64,000 bases of DNA, taken from positions 12,961,923 through 13,025,922 of the forward strand of contig CM119263.1 in the NCBI GenBank assembly GCA_051294375.1. The letters run 5' to 3'. The position numbers and the translations under genes are program-made. Shown here in pieces: positions 50,826 through 64,000 of the stretch (the first letter of the stretch is position 1; each line of letters starts with the position of its first letter). The notes below the pieces were generated by a model. The model ran no database searches. It was not told the DNA's origin and was given only the letters and a program-made list of their open reading frames with translations. Origin of the DNA: Paraspadella gotoi (taxonomy: Eukaryota > Animalia > Chaetognatha).

Positions 50826-51031
50826 AGGGTCGGAGCTGGGAGCCGGAGCCGGGAGCTCGAAGGCTGGTCCTCCCAAATTTTTAGTGGAGCTGGAGCTGGA
50901 GTCGGAGCTGGAAAAAAATTAGGATGGAGCCGGAGTTGGAGCCTGGAGCTGAAAGAAATTTTTGTTTGGACCGGGAGCTGGTGGAGTTAGCGGAGAGATT
51001 GGAGAAAAAATAGCCAGCTCCACAACCGCTG
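50826..51031 (+). mobile_element. MITE-like element with (GGAGCY)n internal repeats
   Basis: Clustered GGAGCC/GGAGCT/GGAGTC hexamers. The right end GCTCCACAACCGCTG is an imperfect inverted match to the left end AGGGTCGGAGC. No TSD resolved. Confidence 0.6.
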
Positions 51032-51097
51032 TCATCGACTCTATGCTTACTGTTTCATGTCGCAAATGCGTAGGATAATGAGAGTACTTCTGCTTAC

Positions 51098-51196
51098 GTT
51101 TTGATACGCTGCATCAATATGGTGAGAATGATCGCTGTCCGACCAGATCTTCTGTTTTCGCCAAACCAGTCGCAGTGGGAGCATCTACGGCTTTCT
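51098..51196 (-). other. Candidate 99-nt symmetric exon, weakly PTP/DUSP active-site-like
   Basis: Acceptor TTTTTTTTCTCTCCCTCAACCTAG| and donor AAC|GTAAGC. Open frame ESRRCSHCDWFGENRRSGRTAIILTILMQRIK. Confidence 0.25.
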
Positions 51197-51442
51197 CTAG
51201 GTTGAGGGAGAGAAAAAAAAGTAGAGATGTTGGAAAAAATGAGTCATTGGAGTGTGTTGAGTTTCAGTCGGCGGTCGGAGTCTTAAATAATAATTAAGCC
51301 GTTTTGAAAAAAAAATATCTTTCTTATTAAAATTTGTATCAGATTTCTCTCTGAACATCTGTACTCCACGCGGACGTAAAATGTTTTTTTTTTTTAATTT
51401 TTAACAAATTCAAAATGCTTTCCTAAGATTTTAGAATACGCA

Positions 51443-52025
51443 CACAATGAAAAATAACGGGCCAGTTTACTAGTTCCGTCATAAAAAATTCAACTGTTCA
51501 GACGTATATATTATATTTGCTTTTTTATTTTTGAAACATTATAGTTTCAATATGTCATGTATGCCAAAATATCATGCAAAACTCTTTTTTTGTTTTTTAT
51601 GATATGACTGAATATAAGGGTGAAAGATCCGAGTATAATTTTTTTAAAACAGTTTACCTTATTCATATTTATCTATATGAATTGTAATAGAAAAAAAATA
51701 AAAAACAATATAGTTACTAATAGTTAGTGTTATGGTCTCAAATAGATAAAAAAACCTGGCATTTAAAAAATTCGAGCCTCGGGAAGTGGGAACTAAGGTT
51801 CTACCCAATGGCCAGTCCTCCACGCCGATGGTGTCTCGATCAAACTGTAATTTTTTTTATTTAAACAGTTTGAAAGGGAAAAAGAAAAAATTAGAAAATG
51901 CAGGTTGAAAAGGGTACAGATATAATCTGGACTTAAGCTTGACATGATAACCATGAACTTTTATATATCTGTGAAATGGGGGCAGTAAAGATATCGTAGA
52001 AAAAAATTATCGTCACATGAAGTCA
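51443..52025 (+). repeat. AT-rich dispersed repeat, inverted homologue of 59233-59810
   Basis: Colinear anchors ACTAGTTCCGT, AACATTATAGTTTCA, GATATGACTGAATATA, TCGGGAAGTGGGA and GTGAAATGGGGGCAGT. A further fragment lies near 63900-63935. Confidence 0.8.
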
Positions 52026-54829
52026 GGTCAATTGACCTTTCTAATGGCTATTATGAGAAATCATTTTTTATTAATAATGGATGACTAAATACATAAATTG
52101 AAACATTCTTGCTATAACTTTAAAAAAAAATTATCATACACAATTAACCATATGAATGTTTGCGCTTTCGTCAAATACTGTTTACGCAGCTTATAATAAT
52201 TTTTTAACCCAACTTTATATGAGAAATAAACAAGCGTGTATGCAAGCTTTTTAGTTTGCAGTTTAAAGATAAATGGAAAAATACGAATTTTTTTTTCACA
52301 GACCAAAGAAGGTAAATGTTCCAGACTGTTTATACAATGCGAAAAACATTTTTTGTATTATCATTTTTTGAATCATTTAAAAAATAACAGTTTTGGATCA
52401 AGCTACAACATAATTTTTGCTTGTTTGTTTTACTTTAACCTTGAAAATATAAGCAGTTTTATATGGAATAAAAAAATTTTCAATAATAATACAAAATGTA
52501 TTCAGTCTTTCCTTTTTTCAAATACAAAAGAAAAAATAAAAAAAATTTCATATGTCTTGTCATTTGAAATTTTTTAAAGCACAAAACTGTTATATCTTAT
52601 TAACTCTGATTTAAACAAAAGCTGTGTAATAGAATTTTAGATTTAGAATTTAATAAAACTCTTTTTAAAAAAAGGTGTCCCACTGATTAGGGCTTTAAAT
52701 TTGATACAAGCATCCCCTGTGCTCACCTCTTTTTTTCAAAAGTTCATTTAAAAAAGAACATATTTTTCTAAAATTACGCAGTACCAATCTTTGTTAAATA
52801 AAGAATTTTGTAGAAGCAGGAGTATCCTTCACTTATTTCTATGATAACAATACTTAAATTTCAAAAATAAAACACTTGAAAGAAACTTCTTTTTGTCATT
52901 TAAGATGACATAGCACATTCAGATGTACCCCATCGTATAAGTTAAATTATTATTATTTATTTTTCCCCGCAAAAAAGCCTGAATTAAAAGTTAAAATTTT
53001 TTTCAAATTGTTGGGAAAATTTCCTCCCGAACTAGCTCATTGAGAATAATGGTTTTTGCATAGAAAATCAAAATATCAAGAAAAAAAAAAATGCAAGTCC
53101 TGCTAGAAGAAATCGAAGGGCGAGAGGCTGATTTTTTTAGATTGCAAGAAGTTTTTTTCCTCGACTCATAATCCATTATTCATCAATTTCGAAACTATTT
53201 TTTTTCCAAATACAATGTCAATCAATTTTTTTTTATTAATTTAAAATGTTTTGTAATGATGTTGTTTTTTGTTTTGAAAGAATTGAAAAAAAAGTAAAAA
53301 AATATAGTAATTATATAAAGGTTTTTTGGAAAATAGCCTTTAAAATATTGAATAATTAGACACAAGGGGAGTAAGCAGAGAAAACTTCCCATTCATAAAA
53401 AAATTGAAAAATGAATTTGTCATAACTGTTATTTAGATTAATTGACTAATTAACGAACATATGATTCATATAAATTGAATGAAATGATGGGTTAAAAAAA
53501 ATATTCCAATCTTGGTTCTCGGTTATTATTAGGTATCGTGTACAGAGTTTTGTTTTAATAATATTTATGTTTTTTTGCAATTATAAAAGCAATGGTCTTA
53601 CAAATTTTTGTAAAGCGTTCAAGCTATATTTGCTTCATCTTCTTTTATTACTATTTTTTATCTAGTTAGCTTTTTGTTGATGGTCAAGGGTTATGGTCAG
53701 ACACAGTAATGTCCCGTAGTGTATAATCGCACATATACCAAAAGTAGTCGATCAATTAATTTGGTTCAGAAAAGATTTTAACAGGGAAGCAAAATCAGCA
53801 CGAGACGTAATCGCCACGTTAATTTTTCATTGTGTCATATCAAGATTTAGTATCTCATTCATCTATATGCTTTTGAAGAGATATTAATGTGAAGATTTTT
53901 CTTCCAATTCAATTAATCAAACTCTTAACCTAGCACACTAATTATGTCAAAAATTATGGTTTTCATTCATACTCCGTCTTGATAAAAGAAGATAAAGAGA
54001 TGTTTGCTGTAAATTCAATGTAAATTAAATATTTCTTCTATTTAAATTAGTTACATTAAATTTAAAAACGAACCCTGGAAGGTGCTGCCTGTAAACGTAG
54101 ACGGCGAGCCCTCTGGCCGCCTGGAGCTCCGTGTTTGTGGGGCGGTGACGACGCAACGTGAACTGACGACGCGAAAAAATAAAGATCGCGAAAATCATTT
54201 CATACCCAACGTCGAATGAATATTTTGCCGACCCGCAGAGGAATTTGATTATTATACAAAAACGGCAAAAGGTGAGGACATTTAAATGTTTATTAAGTAC
54301 AGCACCACAGGAGTCTGCCTGAATAATAAAAATATATCAGGGCTTGATTATTTTAGATTTTTTTTAAAACGAGTTATTGATATTGCTTCTAATTAATGTG
54401 TTATTTCCTCTCTCTCTCATCTCTCTATCTCTCGTCTCTCTCTCTCTCTCCTCCTCTCGTCTCTCTCATCTCTCTATTTCCTGGTTAATAACTCTGCGAC
54501 GCATTTTAGTTCCTACACATAATTTCTGTTTCATCTCTCACCTATCTAGTTCTCCCTCTCTTGCTTTCCAACCACTTATCAAAAATGCAAAAGAAATAAT
54601 TTTTTAAAAAATTATCTCGAAGGTTTGAAAAGCAATGACTGCAATTAGAATTCTTATTTCTTTTTTGTTGAAAGCAGATCTTTTGATCCGTAAAAATTTA
54701 AGTTAAAGGATCACGCTCCGTTCATTTTCAATTTTTTTAACTATGTATGCTTCTAGTAGTCTTTCAAACTACAACTTGCAGGTTTGCAGTAACTTCTTCT
54801 TGTTTCTTGGTCGCAAATTGTTTCGATAC

Positions 54830-54985
54830 GCTTTGTGGTCTCGAAACCTGCACCAAAGAGAGCGTCCACAGCCCCAAGCAACAATGGAGTGTGTGTCAGC
54901 AAATCCGCCTTTACCCGGCTTTTTCGTGAAATGCCTCGAGAAGAGCTCAAGAAAATGTCGGGCCGCCATTGTCCGATGTACAATC
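54830..54985 (-). mobile_element. Possible decayed retroviral-type integrase core (rve) fragment
   Basis: One frame reads TSDNGGPTFS*ALLEAFHEKAG*RRI...RPQS, matching the spacing of SDNGPxFxSxxFxxFxxxxGI...PQS. In-frame stops are present. Confidence 0.4.
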
Positions 54986-55367
54986 CAGAAGCAGCTGTTG
55001 ATTGGAAGGACAGTAACAAAGAGAATAGTTTTTTTTTTTCGAATAGGTTTCAAAATAAAAATAATTTCTTTTAACAGTTTCATCCTGTATATTTTCGACA
55101 ATATATTCATATTGTGCACAGCATAGCTTCCAACCTTTGTCATCTCTTCATTTTTCAAAAAAAAAAAAAAAATTCCTCGCNNNNNNNNNNNNNNNNNNNN
55201 NNNNNAATAAATTTCGAGCATCTCGAGAGACTTGTTGAGATGATGAGATGCGAGAGAGAGAAGACAAGAGAGACGATGAGAGCAAGATGATGTTAAGACG
55301 AAGAAACAAATCTCTCTAGTTTTTGCTCCTCTTTTTTCCGCTCTTTCTCTCCCTCTATCATATACAT

Positions 55368-55522
55368 ATTATCGCGGCTCGGAGGGAACGTGCGGGAAAT
55401 TTATGTATTTCTACCCGTCATTTTTTACGGAGAAAGAAAAAATTCACTTCTTTTCCATTGTTTAAACTTCTTTTAAACTCCTTTTCTTTTTAAAGGAAAG
55501 ACATGTCACGTTCGGACGGGCG
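55368..55522 (+). repeat. Noisy direct copy of 46004-46153
   Basis: Shared anchors AACGTGCGG, CCCGTCA, AAACTCCTTTTCTTTT and ATGTCACG. Confidence 0.75.
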
Positions 55523-57927
55523 TTTATTCTTCTCCCCTGTCAAACCAAATATTCCCAGGGATTTATCCACAATCAATCCTCTCTCTTTCCACTTTCGCTC
55601 TCTTTCTCCTCTTCTCGGTCTCTGGCTCTCTCGTCCTCTCTCCCTCCTCCTCCGTCTCTCTCTTCTACTCTCTCTCTCTTTCCTCATACTTCTTCTCTCC
55701 TCTCCCTCTCTTTCACAAAAATTTCCCGTCGAAATTCGCATTTCATGCTTTATTGCCAAGGCAGAAAGATTTAAGGGCATGCGGTGAGTGTTGTTTAATT
55801 CAATTATTTTTTCTCGAAGATGCCGCAGAGGTGCGATAAAAGAGATGGGGATATTACCGGTTCGAGGGTTTTGGGTCAACTTTACTGACGCGTGTGCCAA
55901 AAGCATCGTGTAGTTTCGCAACTAATGATTCACTTATGTGGCTTGTCTCGAATTATATTCTCTCCTTTCGCAAAGGCACTTCAAAATGGTACCTACTTTA
56001 AACAACCTTATATACATCAACTCTCCCTCTTTCCGATCCCTCGCTCTATTTTAAATTCTAACTGACACCTCTCTCTTAAATGTGAACTTGATCGCGACTC
56101 GATCTTCTCCATACGCCAACCCGAGATGAGAAAGACTTCCAACAGAGAGTCGAGTTGATTTCATAAATATGTCGCTTAGAGGTCGTTCTCTCCTGCTCTT
56201 TTTCTCACACTCCCACCGAGATATTTCTTCTTTTGGACGCATCTCGCTCCCTATCGACGGTATGTCCCCGTGGCCGGTCGACGCGTGAGAGGACTGGCAG
56301 CTCGCAGGGAAACTCTCGGGGCTCCACGGGAAGATATTTCGGATCCGAGTGTGCTTGAAGCCAGATGGGCGATATCTCCTCTCCCCGGAAGGTACGAACG
56401 CATGGGTGAGCTCGCATGGGGGGAAACGTTGGCGGCGCCGTGGCGGACGCCCATTTTTTTACCCGTAAATACGGCTGGCTAGCGGCCGGTCAGGGGTTGA
56501 AAGAACCAGTTTGATTTGATTAATAAAGGAACAAAATGTTTACTTCTCCTAATATTTCACATCACAGGTTATATCGTATTCGCTTTCGGTAATAGAACTC
56601 GACAACGAATAAGATATCATATTAATTATCCAATGTGCGGGTCTCGACACTTAGTTTAACTTTCTCTGTTCTCATAGATCGTATCTATATTCCATTTTTT
56701 CCAGGCTGCTCGTTCGGGAACGATTGTGAAAAACGGCCTCCTCGTCTATGGAGAATTTCCTCCATTTGCCAAGCCCTAAAGCGGACTTCGTCTCCTCGTG
56801 ACGGCTCTTCTTCGGAACTCCCCTCCTCGTTCAGCGACCACCGACAGGCGCCTCCTAAGGTTAGACATGATTAAATATTCTTTTTGAAAACCGCTCATCT
56901 GCTTTCCTTCTCTCTCCCATTAAACCTGAGGCTCAGATTCTCCAATTATGTAAGAAAAGAAAATACTACAGCTCCCTGGGATAAAAGTCCCACTTGAATC
57001 AATTCAGGCAGGTAGGCGTGGTACAAAGCACATGTGAGTGCCTTTTCCAGAATCTGTTTAAAAATTCCGACCGATAAAATGGTATTGGTTCGTTCCATGG
57101 CGCGCTCCCACTTATCGGACTGGGATATAGCTCTTTGCCCATTTCTCGTCGAACTTGGTCATTAATACCTATCAATTAAGTATAGAGCATGTTTTCCAGC
57201 ATCTGTTTACAAATGAAACTTAGTTCTACCGGGAAAGAGTAAACATAAGAGGGAGAAAAATAAAAAAACAAACAGAACCAAAGCAGATTCAAAAGAGAGC
57301 AAGGTTAAAATAGAAACGAAGGAGAGCAAGAAATTCGAATCTCAGAGGTGACGCTGACAGAAGAACGCGATGAAAAGAGGCGTTTTTGCCTCGTTCTTCT
57401 CTGCGGCGTGGACAATAGCGTTGATGACCCTTTCGCCTTTTCGTCTCGCTCCTTCTCGCCAGGCGAGAGATTCGGCTTTTAGTGTGTGCGTCACGTTGGT
57501 GATGCGTCTTGGAATTGTTGTGATGTGGCCGCTTGGCGCTTACTTGGACTCGCGGGCGTATATCTCACCAGCTCACTGTAGCGAAGTCAGCCCACTAATA
57601 GTATAGATTCCATAGACTTCGAACCGCTCTACTGCGCTCCTCTGGTACATCGAACACGCTCTATCCGGCACTAGTCTCTCCCGAACCGCGGCCCAGTTGA
57701 CGCGGCCTCTTCTCCTGTGCCACGCCGCTCCTCCGCTCGCGCCCGGCGCCGCTCCGCGCACACTCGGAATTGAGACAAGAGCGATTTGGCGGCCGCGCTG
57801 CTGCCTCACCGACGGCGTTCTCACCTCTCTCCTCGTCTCGCGTCTTCTCTCGTCTGCTCTTCTCTCTCCTTTTCTCTCTCTCGCTCAGTCGGTTCCTCTC
57901 TCTCCTCCTCTCTCTCTCTCTCTCTTC

Positions 57928-57961
<34 letters not shown>

Positions 57962-57964
57962 TGA

Positions 57965-58955
57965 GAGCGTAGAGAGACCCCAATCGTTGAACCCCGCGGG
58001 GAAAGAAAGTGCATTTTTCATACCCATGAAGGCCTTTTGTTTCGAGATTCATGAACTAAGCGACCTCTGGCCATTGCCCGCGTCCACCGCCATCCCTCCT
58101 TCGTATTTCTCTGTCAAGGACCCATATTTTGTGGTCAGGGCGCCATAAAGATAACAACACCCAACAAAAAATACCCCCTGTGTTTCCGAGGTCAATTCAT
58201 GCGCGGGGAAAATCAATGGTTGTCGACCCTCCACTAATGCTGGCGCCATCTTGCGTCATTTGAGAAGGCGTATTGCGTCATAGATGATTGATCGTTTCTC
58301 GGCAGTCACGTTATTGTTGGCATCATTCTGTAGAACTTTCAATTTAAACTAAAACTTCTGCTCGATCTATTATATGTGTTTTATTCGTTTACAACAATTA
58401 GTTGAAACAGTACATTCAAAAGGGCATTTCTTGCGCCGACTTGAAAAAACTGACGGTCAGCAGTCACGGTAGGGCTAAGAGGCTTAACATTCACCTCAAC
58501 TTCTTTCTTTTTTCTACGATAATATAACAAAGTCTTGGGCAAGTTAGCGTATTTATTGATGAATGGATATTGGATGATTTTATATTGCATCGATTTCATA
58601 AAAATCAATGGCGATAATTGAATATTGAAAAAGTCAGAGAAAAGTCGCTGCAATAACAACACGCCTGAACAGAGGTAGAAATTAGATTTATAAAAGAAAC
58701 GTTATTTGATTTATGATTCAATCAAATTTAAAAATTTAATTTTTTTAATTTCTCACTTCTCATACAATCAAACATCGAATTTTTTGCATTGGCAAAAGTA
58801 TCGTTAAGAACTATGTATTCGTAACCAAACCACAGTCGTTTAAAATCTTTTTAAAAAGGATTCAATAAAAGAAATTCACAAGTTGTAGCTAAGAATCGTC
58901 TTTTGATTTTCTCGAACTTTAAAGCTTTTGTTCAGTGGCTTGAGGTGGCGCCACG
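57965..58955 (+). repeat. About 1-kb segment duplicated at 61510-62800
   Basis: Colinear anchors CAATCGTTGAACCCC, CCCATGAAGGCCTTTT, TGTGTTTCCGAGGTCAATTCATGCG, GTCTTGGGCAAGTTAGCGTA and AAACCACAGTCG. Confidence 0.9.
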
Positions 58956-59232
58956 GTCNNNNNNNNNNNNNNNNNNNNNNNNNCAAACTAAAAAGCTTGA
59001 CACCACTGCTTTGGCTTTATGTCGATATTAAAGTTGGGTAGGAAGGAAATTTATATAGTGGTAACAGTAAATTTGAACAAAGGCAAACATCATTGGTTAT
59101 AATTTGTATGATAATTTTTTTTTTGTGAAAGTATAGCAAGGAATATTAATTTTATATTATATTCAATGCCATTTTAATAGGACAAAAAACATATTTCTCC
59201 AAGTAATATGTCCACTATGAAAGGGTTCATTG

Positions 59233-59810
59233 AGTGAACTTAATGAGGAAATTTTTTTTTAGAATCTTCTGACTGCCCCCCATTTCACAAGATATTAGAA
59301 AGTCATGGTTATGCATGTCAATAAGTCCAGAGATTATCTGTACCCTTTCTGCAACCCTGAATTCAAAATTTTCTTTTTTCCCTTTCAAGATTGTAACTAT
59401 AAATAAAGAAAATTGTCTTTGCGAGGAACAATCGGCGTGGGAGGATGCCATTGGGTTAGGAACCTTAGTATCCCACTTCCCGATCGCAGACATTTTTCTA
59501 AAATGAGGTTTTTTTTTATCTATTTGAACATAGACACTAACTATTAGTACTATTTTATTATTTTTATTTTTTCTATACAATTCTATAAAGTAAGATATGA
59601 ATAAGTACTTTTTAAAAAAATTTATCATGCTTTCACCCTATATTCAGTCATATCAAAAAAACATAAAAAAGAGTTTTGATTGTATTTTGGATAATCAGCA
59701 TATGAAACTATAATGTTTTGCAAAAAAATAAAAAGAAATATAATATTATCTGAACAGTCGAATTTTTTTGAGCACGGAACTAGTAACGTTTACGCGCCAT
59801 TTTTCATTGT
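59233..59810 (-). repeat. Inverted homologue of 51443-52025
   Basis: See 51443-52025. Confidence 0.8.
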
Positions 59811-59814
59811 GGTC

Positions 59815-60925
59815 ATATCGCTTCTTTAAAGAATATTAAGAATACACATGGAATGAAATATATTCTTACATAGACATACATGTATTCTAGAAGCAAGACA
59901 ATATTTCGAAATTCCGATAAAAAAAGAGGGCTAAAACCTAAAAGAAAAAATGCTGAGGACAAAATAGTTTAAAAATGAGGTCGCGAGCGAACAGAAGTCG
60001 AAGTTTTCGTGAAACCTGCCAAAGAAAAAAAAGATGGAAAAAAAAAGAAGAAAAGTGCAATACGAAAGAGAATAGGAGAGAAAAGAGAAAATGCCGGGCT
60101 GCGACGTGCCTCTTCCCTCCTTAAGCGCGAGGTAAATGGATGAAATCCGTGTGTTCAGTCGCCGGGTTAGTGTGTGTGTCTGTCTGGCTGTCTATCTGTC
60201 TGAGGTCAGTTTCTCTGTCTCTCTGGTCTCGTCTCCGTCTCTCTCTCTCGTGTCTGCTCTCCTCTCGCTCTCTTTCTCTCTCGTCTCTCTCTCTATCTCC
60301 TTTCTCTTGGTTTTCTGCTCGGTCTGCCTTGTGTCTCTCTCTCTCTCTCTCTTCTGCTCTCCTCTCCTCTTACTCTCTTCGTCTCTCTCTCTTCTCTCTC
60401 TCTCTTCTCTCTGCTGCTCTCGTCTCTCTCTCTCTCGTCGATTCTCTCTCTCTCCTCATCTATCTCGTCTCTCTCTCCCTGTCTCTTACAAACCAAATGC
60501 AAATTGAAACGAAATGCCTTTGCAACACGTTAGAACCACGTTCATAAACTTAGGTAGCAGACCGTGGAGAGAGAAACTGAGTCAGACAGATAGACAGACA
60601 GACAGACAAAAAATAAGCGAATGACAAAACGGATTTCATTCCTTTACCTCGGGTTAAGGGAGGAAGAGGAGGCTGAGGGCATTTTCTCTTTTCTTTGGTA
60701 TTTTGCACTTTTTCTTTTTTTTTTTCTTTGGCAGGTTATCACGAAAACTTCAGACTCTGTTCGCTCGCGACCTCATTTTTTAAACTTTTGTCCTCACCAT
60801 TTTTTCTTCTTAGGTTTTAGCCCTTTTTCGTCGGATTTGAAATTGTCTTGTTCTACATATGTATGTAATATGTAAGAATATATTTCATTCATGTGTATTT
60901 TAAATTCTTTAGAAAGCGATATGGT
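59815..60925. repeat. Inverted duplication (arms about 59815-60215 and 60570-60925) around a CT-rich core
   Basis: Reverse-complement anchors GAAGTTTTCGTGA/TCACGAAAACTTC, GAGGTCGCGAGCGAACAGA/TCTGTTCGCTCGCGACCTC and GGGCTAAAACCTA/TAGGTTTTAGCCC. A partial third copy lies at 63268-63500. Confidence 0.85.
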
Positions 60926-61384
60926 CAAGAAGAATCTCTTCTCTCTACTAGTAGTACTATTAGAGTGAAGATATTTTCCCAGAGCCAAGCAATGCTTTAT
61001 CCGCCGATCCGAACAAAAACAAGCAGTTATTTCGTAATTAGACGGGCGGGTTCGCCCGCACCAATTGGCAACTTTCTTCTTTCCTCTTTTATTTTCTCTC
61101 ATCGAAAGAACTCGCCTTTCAGTTTTTTTTTTTTTTTTTTTTTTTTGCTTCTCTCTCTCTCTTTCTGCTTCTCTGCCTTCTCTCTACTGGCCTGAGAGAG
61201 ACACCTTTAAGAAAGGCCTCTGGAGATAGGGATTAAGGGCAAGAAAATCTGAAAAATGGGGAAAGATTTGCAGTCATATTTCTACTTCTCGTTTCGTGTC
61301 CAGTTTTTCTCAGGTATATTCGTACGTGCAACAGTAAAGATTAGATTGCTTGTTTATTACATGATTGGAAGTATGAGAGAAAAG

Positions 61385-61438
<54 letters not shown>

Positions 61439-61509
61439 AAGAGAGGAGATATATGAGAAAACGAGAGAGAGAGAGAGAGAGGAGAGAGATGAAGGAGAGA
61501 GAGTGAGAG

Positions 61510-62800
61510 CGTGAGAGAGACCCGCTCAATCGTTGAACCCCACGAAGGGTGATAAGTAAAGTGATCAAATGATTCACTTTCATAACCCATGAAGGCCTTT
61601 TTGTTTCGGAGATTCATGAACTATAGCGACTCTGGCCATTGCCCGCGTCACCGCCATACCCTCTTCGTTATTTCTCTGTCAGGACTATTTTGTGGTCACG
61701 GGCGCCATTTAAGATAAGCAACACCAATTCAAAAAATACCTCCTGTGTTTCCGAGGTCAATTCATGCGGCGGGGAAAATTTTTCAATGGGTTGTCGACCC
61801 CTCCACTAATGCTGGGGCCGCCAAATCTTTGCGCATTTGAGAAGGGCCGTATTGGCGTCATAGACTGATCTGAATCGTTGGTCTACAGTGCAGTCACTGA
61901 TGTGCAGATATTATTATGGTTGGCAACTACTTATTCCCGTTAGATACTTTCAATTCGAACAACTAAAACTTCTGAGCTCGAATTCTTAATCTTTGAGTTA
62001 TATTCTGCTGTTAGCTCTCTCTACTTCGTCTTACAAACTAATTATGTTGAACACGACCACTTCAACTTGAACACAGGAGATTCTAACTAAGCTGAGGCAC
62101 CAGAACAAATTGGAACTAAACCTTAGTGACAATCGAAGTACAAGACTCAAGTCAGCTGGAAGGAAAATAGGCTAAGAGCTGTATATAACAGGCATCATTT
62201 CACCTCAACGTCTTTCTTTTTTCTACGGATAATATAACAAGTCTTGGGCAAGTTAGCGTAATTATTATGTGCGATGAATTGTGAATATAGGAACTGATTT
62301 TATGACGTTCAATCGAGGATATTACAATAAAAATATTCAATTTGGGGCGATAATTGAATATTTTGAAAAGAGTCAGAGAGACATCGGATGCCACACTGAC
62401 ACAACACGCACTGAACAGACAGGTAGAAATTAGACATTTATAAAAGAAACGTTATTTGACTTTATGATTCAATCACAATTTAATAGAACTTTAATTTTTT
62501 TTTATTTTAAATTTCTCAACTTCTCATAAAATGGCAAAACATAAAACAACAAATCGAATTTTTTATGCACTTGGCAAAAAGTATACTTATTAACGTTATA
62601 AGAACTATGTAATTACCGTAACCAACAAACCACAGTCGATAATTACATTAAAATAAAACACTCTTTGTATTAAAAAAGGATTAACCAATAAAACGTAGAA
62701 AACTTTCAACGATAAGTTATGATCCGCTAGAAGTCGTCATGTATTGCATTTTCTCGAACTTTTGAGCTTTTTGTTGTAACAGTTGGCTTTGATTGTGGCG
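61510..62800 (+). repeat. Insertion-inflated copy of 57965-58955
   Basis: About 1.3 kb versus 1.0 kb, with the extra length from scattered short insertions. Confidence 0.88.
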
Positions 62801-64000
62801 CTCAAACGCGTTCTGAGTACCATAAAGTTATGGAAACGTGCCAGTTTATCACGCATCGTAATGTGCATATATGAAAATGGCATACTTTCGGTTTGTTTTC
62901 TAATTTAGAGCTATTTGAGTGGTGTTCAAAGAGACAACTGGAGAAATAGAGAGAGAATAGAGAGGAGAGAGAGAGATGTAGAAAGAATGAGCAGAGAAGA
63001 GTAGAGAGAGAAGAGAGAGAAGACGAGACAGACAGAGAGTTAAGAATGACAGAAGAGAGGATAGAGAGAGAATGACAGAGAGTATTCAAGAAGTATGTAT
63101 GAGTTACTTGACAGAAGTGAAATAGGGAGAACGCAGCTAGTTATGCTAGAAGAAAAAAGCAGGAGCATGATTATACCTAGAGAGAGAGGACGAGAGAGTA
63201 TGAGTGAGTAGACGAGATGAAGAACTCAAGAATGGTAAGTTAGAAATAAGTAATTGAAGAGTAGTAAGAAACTGAGTCAGACCAGATACGAACAGACAGA
63301 ACAGAGCAAAATTAAGCGAGATATGACATAAACGGTATTTCCCATATTCACAATAATTAAAACCCCGTCCGCACGCCGGTTACTTATTAGGAGGAAGAGA
63401 GGCTGAGGTGACATTCCTTCTCTTTCTATATGGTATCTTTTGCACTTTTCTTTTTTTTTTTTCTTTGGCAGGTTATCACGAAAACTTCAGACTCTGTTCG
63501 CCATAATCTGCTGTACCTTTTATTAACATTTTATCCCCTCCTACAGCTTAACATTTTTTAAAAACCTATCTGCGCTCAACATGATCTTTTTTGCTTTCTT
63601 TAGTGTAGTCCTCTATATTCGCGCGCGTTTCCGATTTAGCGAAAAAATTGAATTAGCATCATAACATCATAAACAAATATGATAACTGATAACTTTAAAA
63701 ATAAGAAATAATATATATAATCATGTAGTAATATAAATTCAACAATTCTTATTATAAGAAGGATATGACACAATGGAAAAAAATGGCGAAAATACAAAAC
63801 GTTGTAATATCTGAATGAGGTTTCTTGGCAAGTAAAAAAAAATTCAAACATTCTGTTACAATGTTTTCAAAAACCTTGAGTACTTTCTAATTGAATTTAT
63901 ATTTTTTGAAAACATTATAGTTTCATATGCTGATGAGAATCTTTAAAAAGATATCACACGTGAAGTCAACACAAATCTGATAATTTTTTATATATTTTTT

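Overview
This window is eukaryotic, almost certainly invertebrate animal, genomic DNA, not prokaryotic. It is AT-rich with CpG-rich patches, very dense (AG)n/(CT)n, (TAA)n, (AAAG)n and (GAC)n microsatellites, and many N gaps. I could not recognise an intact protein-coding gene, rRNA, true tRNA or CRISPR array. Almost all ORFs in the track are microsatellite or gap translations. The assembly looks heavily patched. There are five gaps of exactly 25 N, a 4.66-kb tandem duplication (11.6-21.0 kb), and several direct and inverted 0.15-1.3 kb duplicates in 42.6-64 kb. These differ mainly by single-base indels and join at (AG)n tracts, as expected from gap filling with uncorrected long reads. The best supported biology is a near fully palindromic hAT-like MITE family (two independent insertions, each with its own 8-bp TSD), two tRNA-derived SINE-like elements, a Helentron/DINE-1-like short element, a GGAGCY-repeat MITE, a 30-bp minisatellite, a four-CCAAT promoter-like cluster and a pair of RFX X-boxes. 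Speculative protein remnants recognised by eye are a PIF/Harbinger transposase, an integrase core, a TKL/Tyr kinase segment, phosphatase-like exons, and a SELENOF-like first exon with an in-frame TGA at a Cys-equivalent position. I found no convincing novel multi-gene system. The leads are listed with modest scores.
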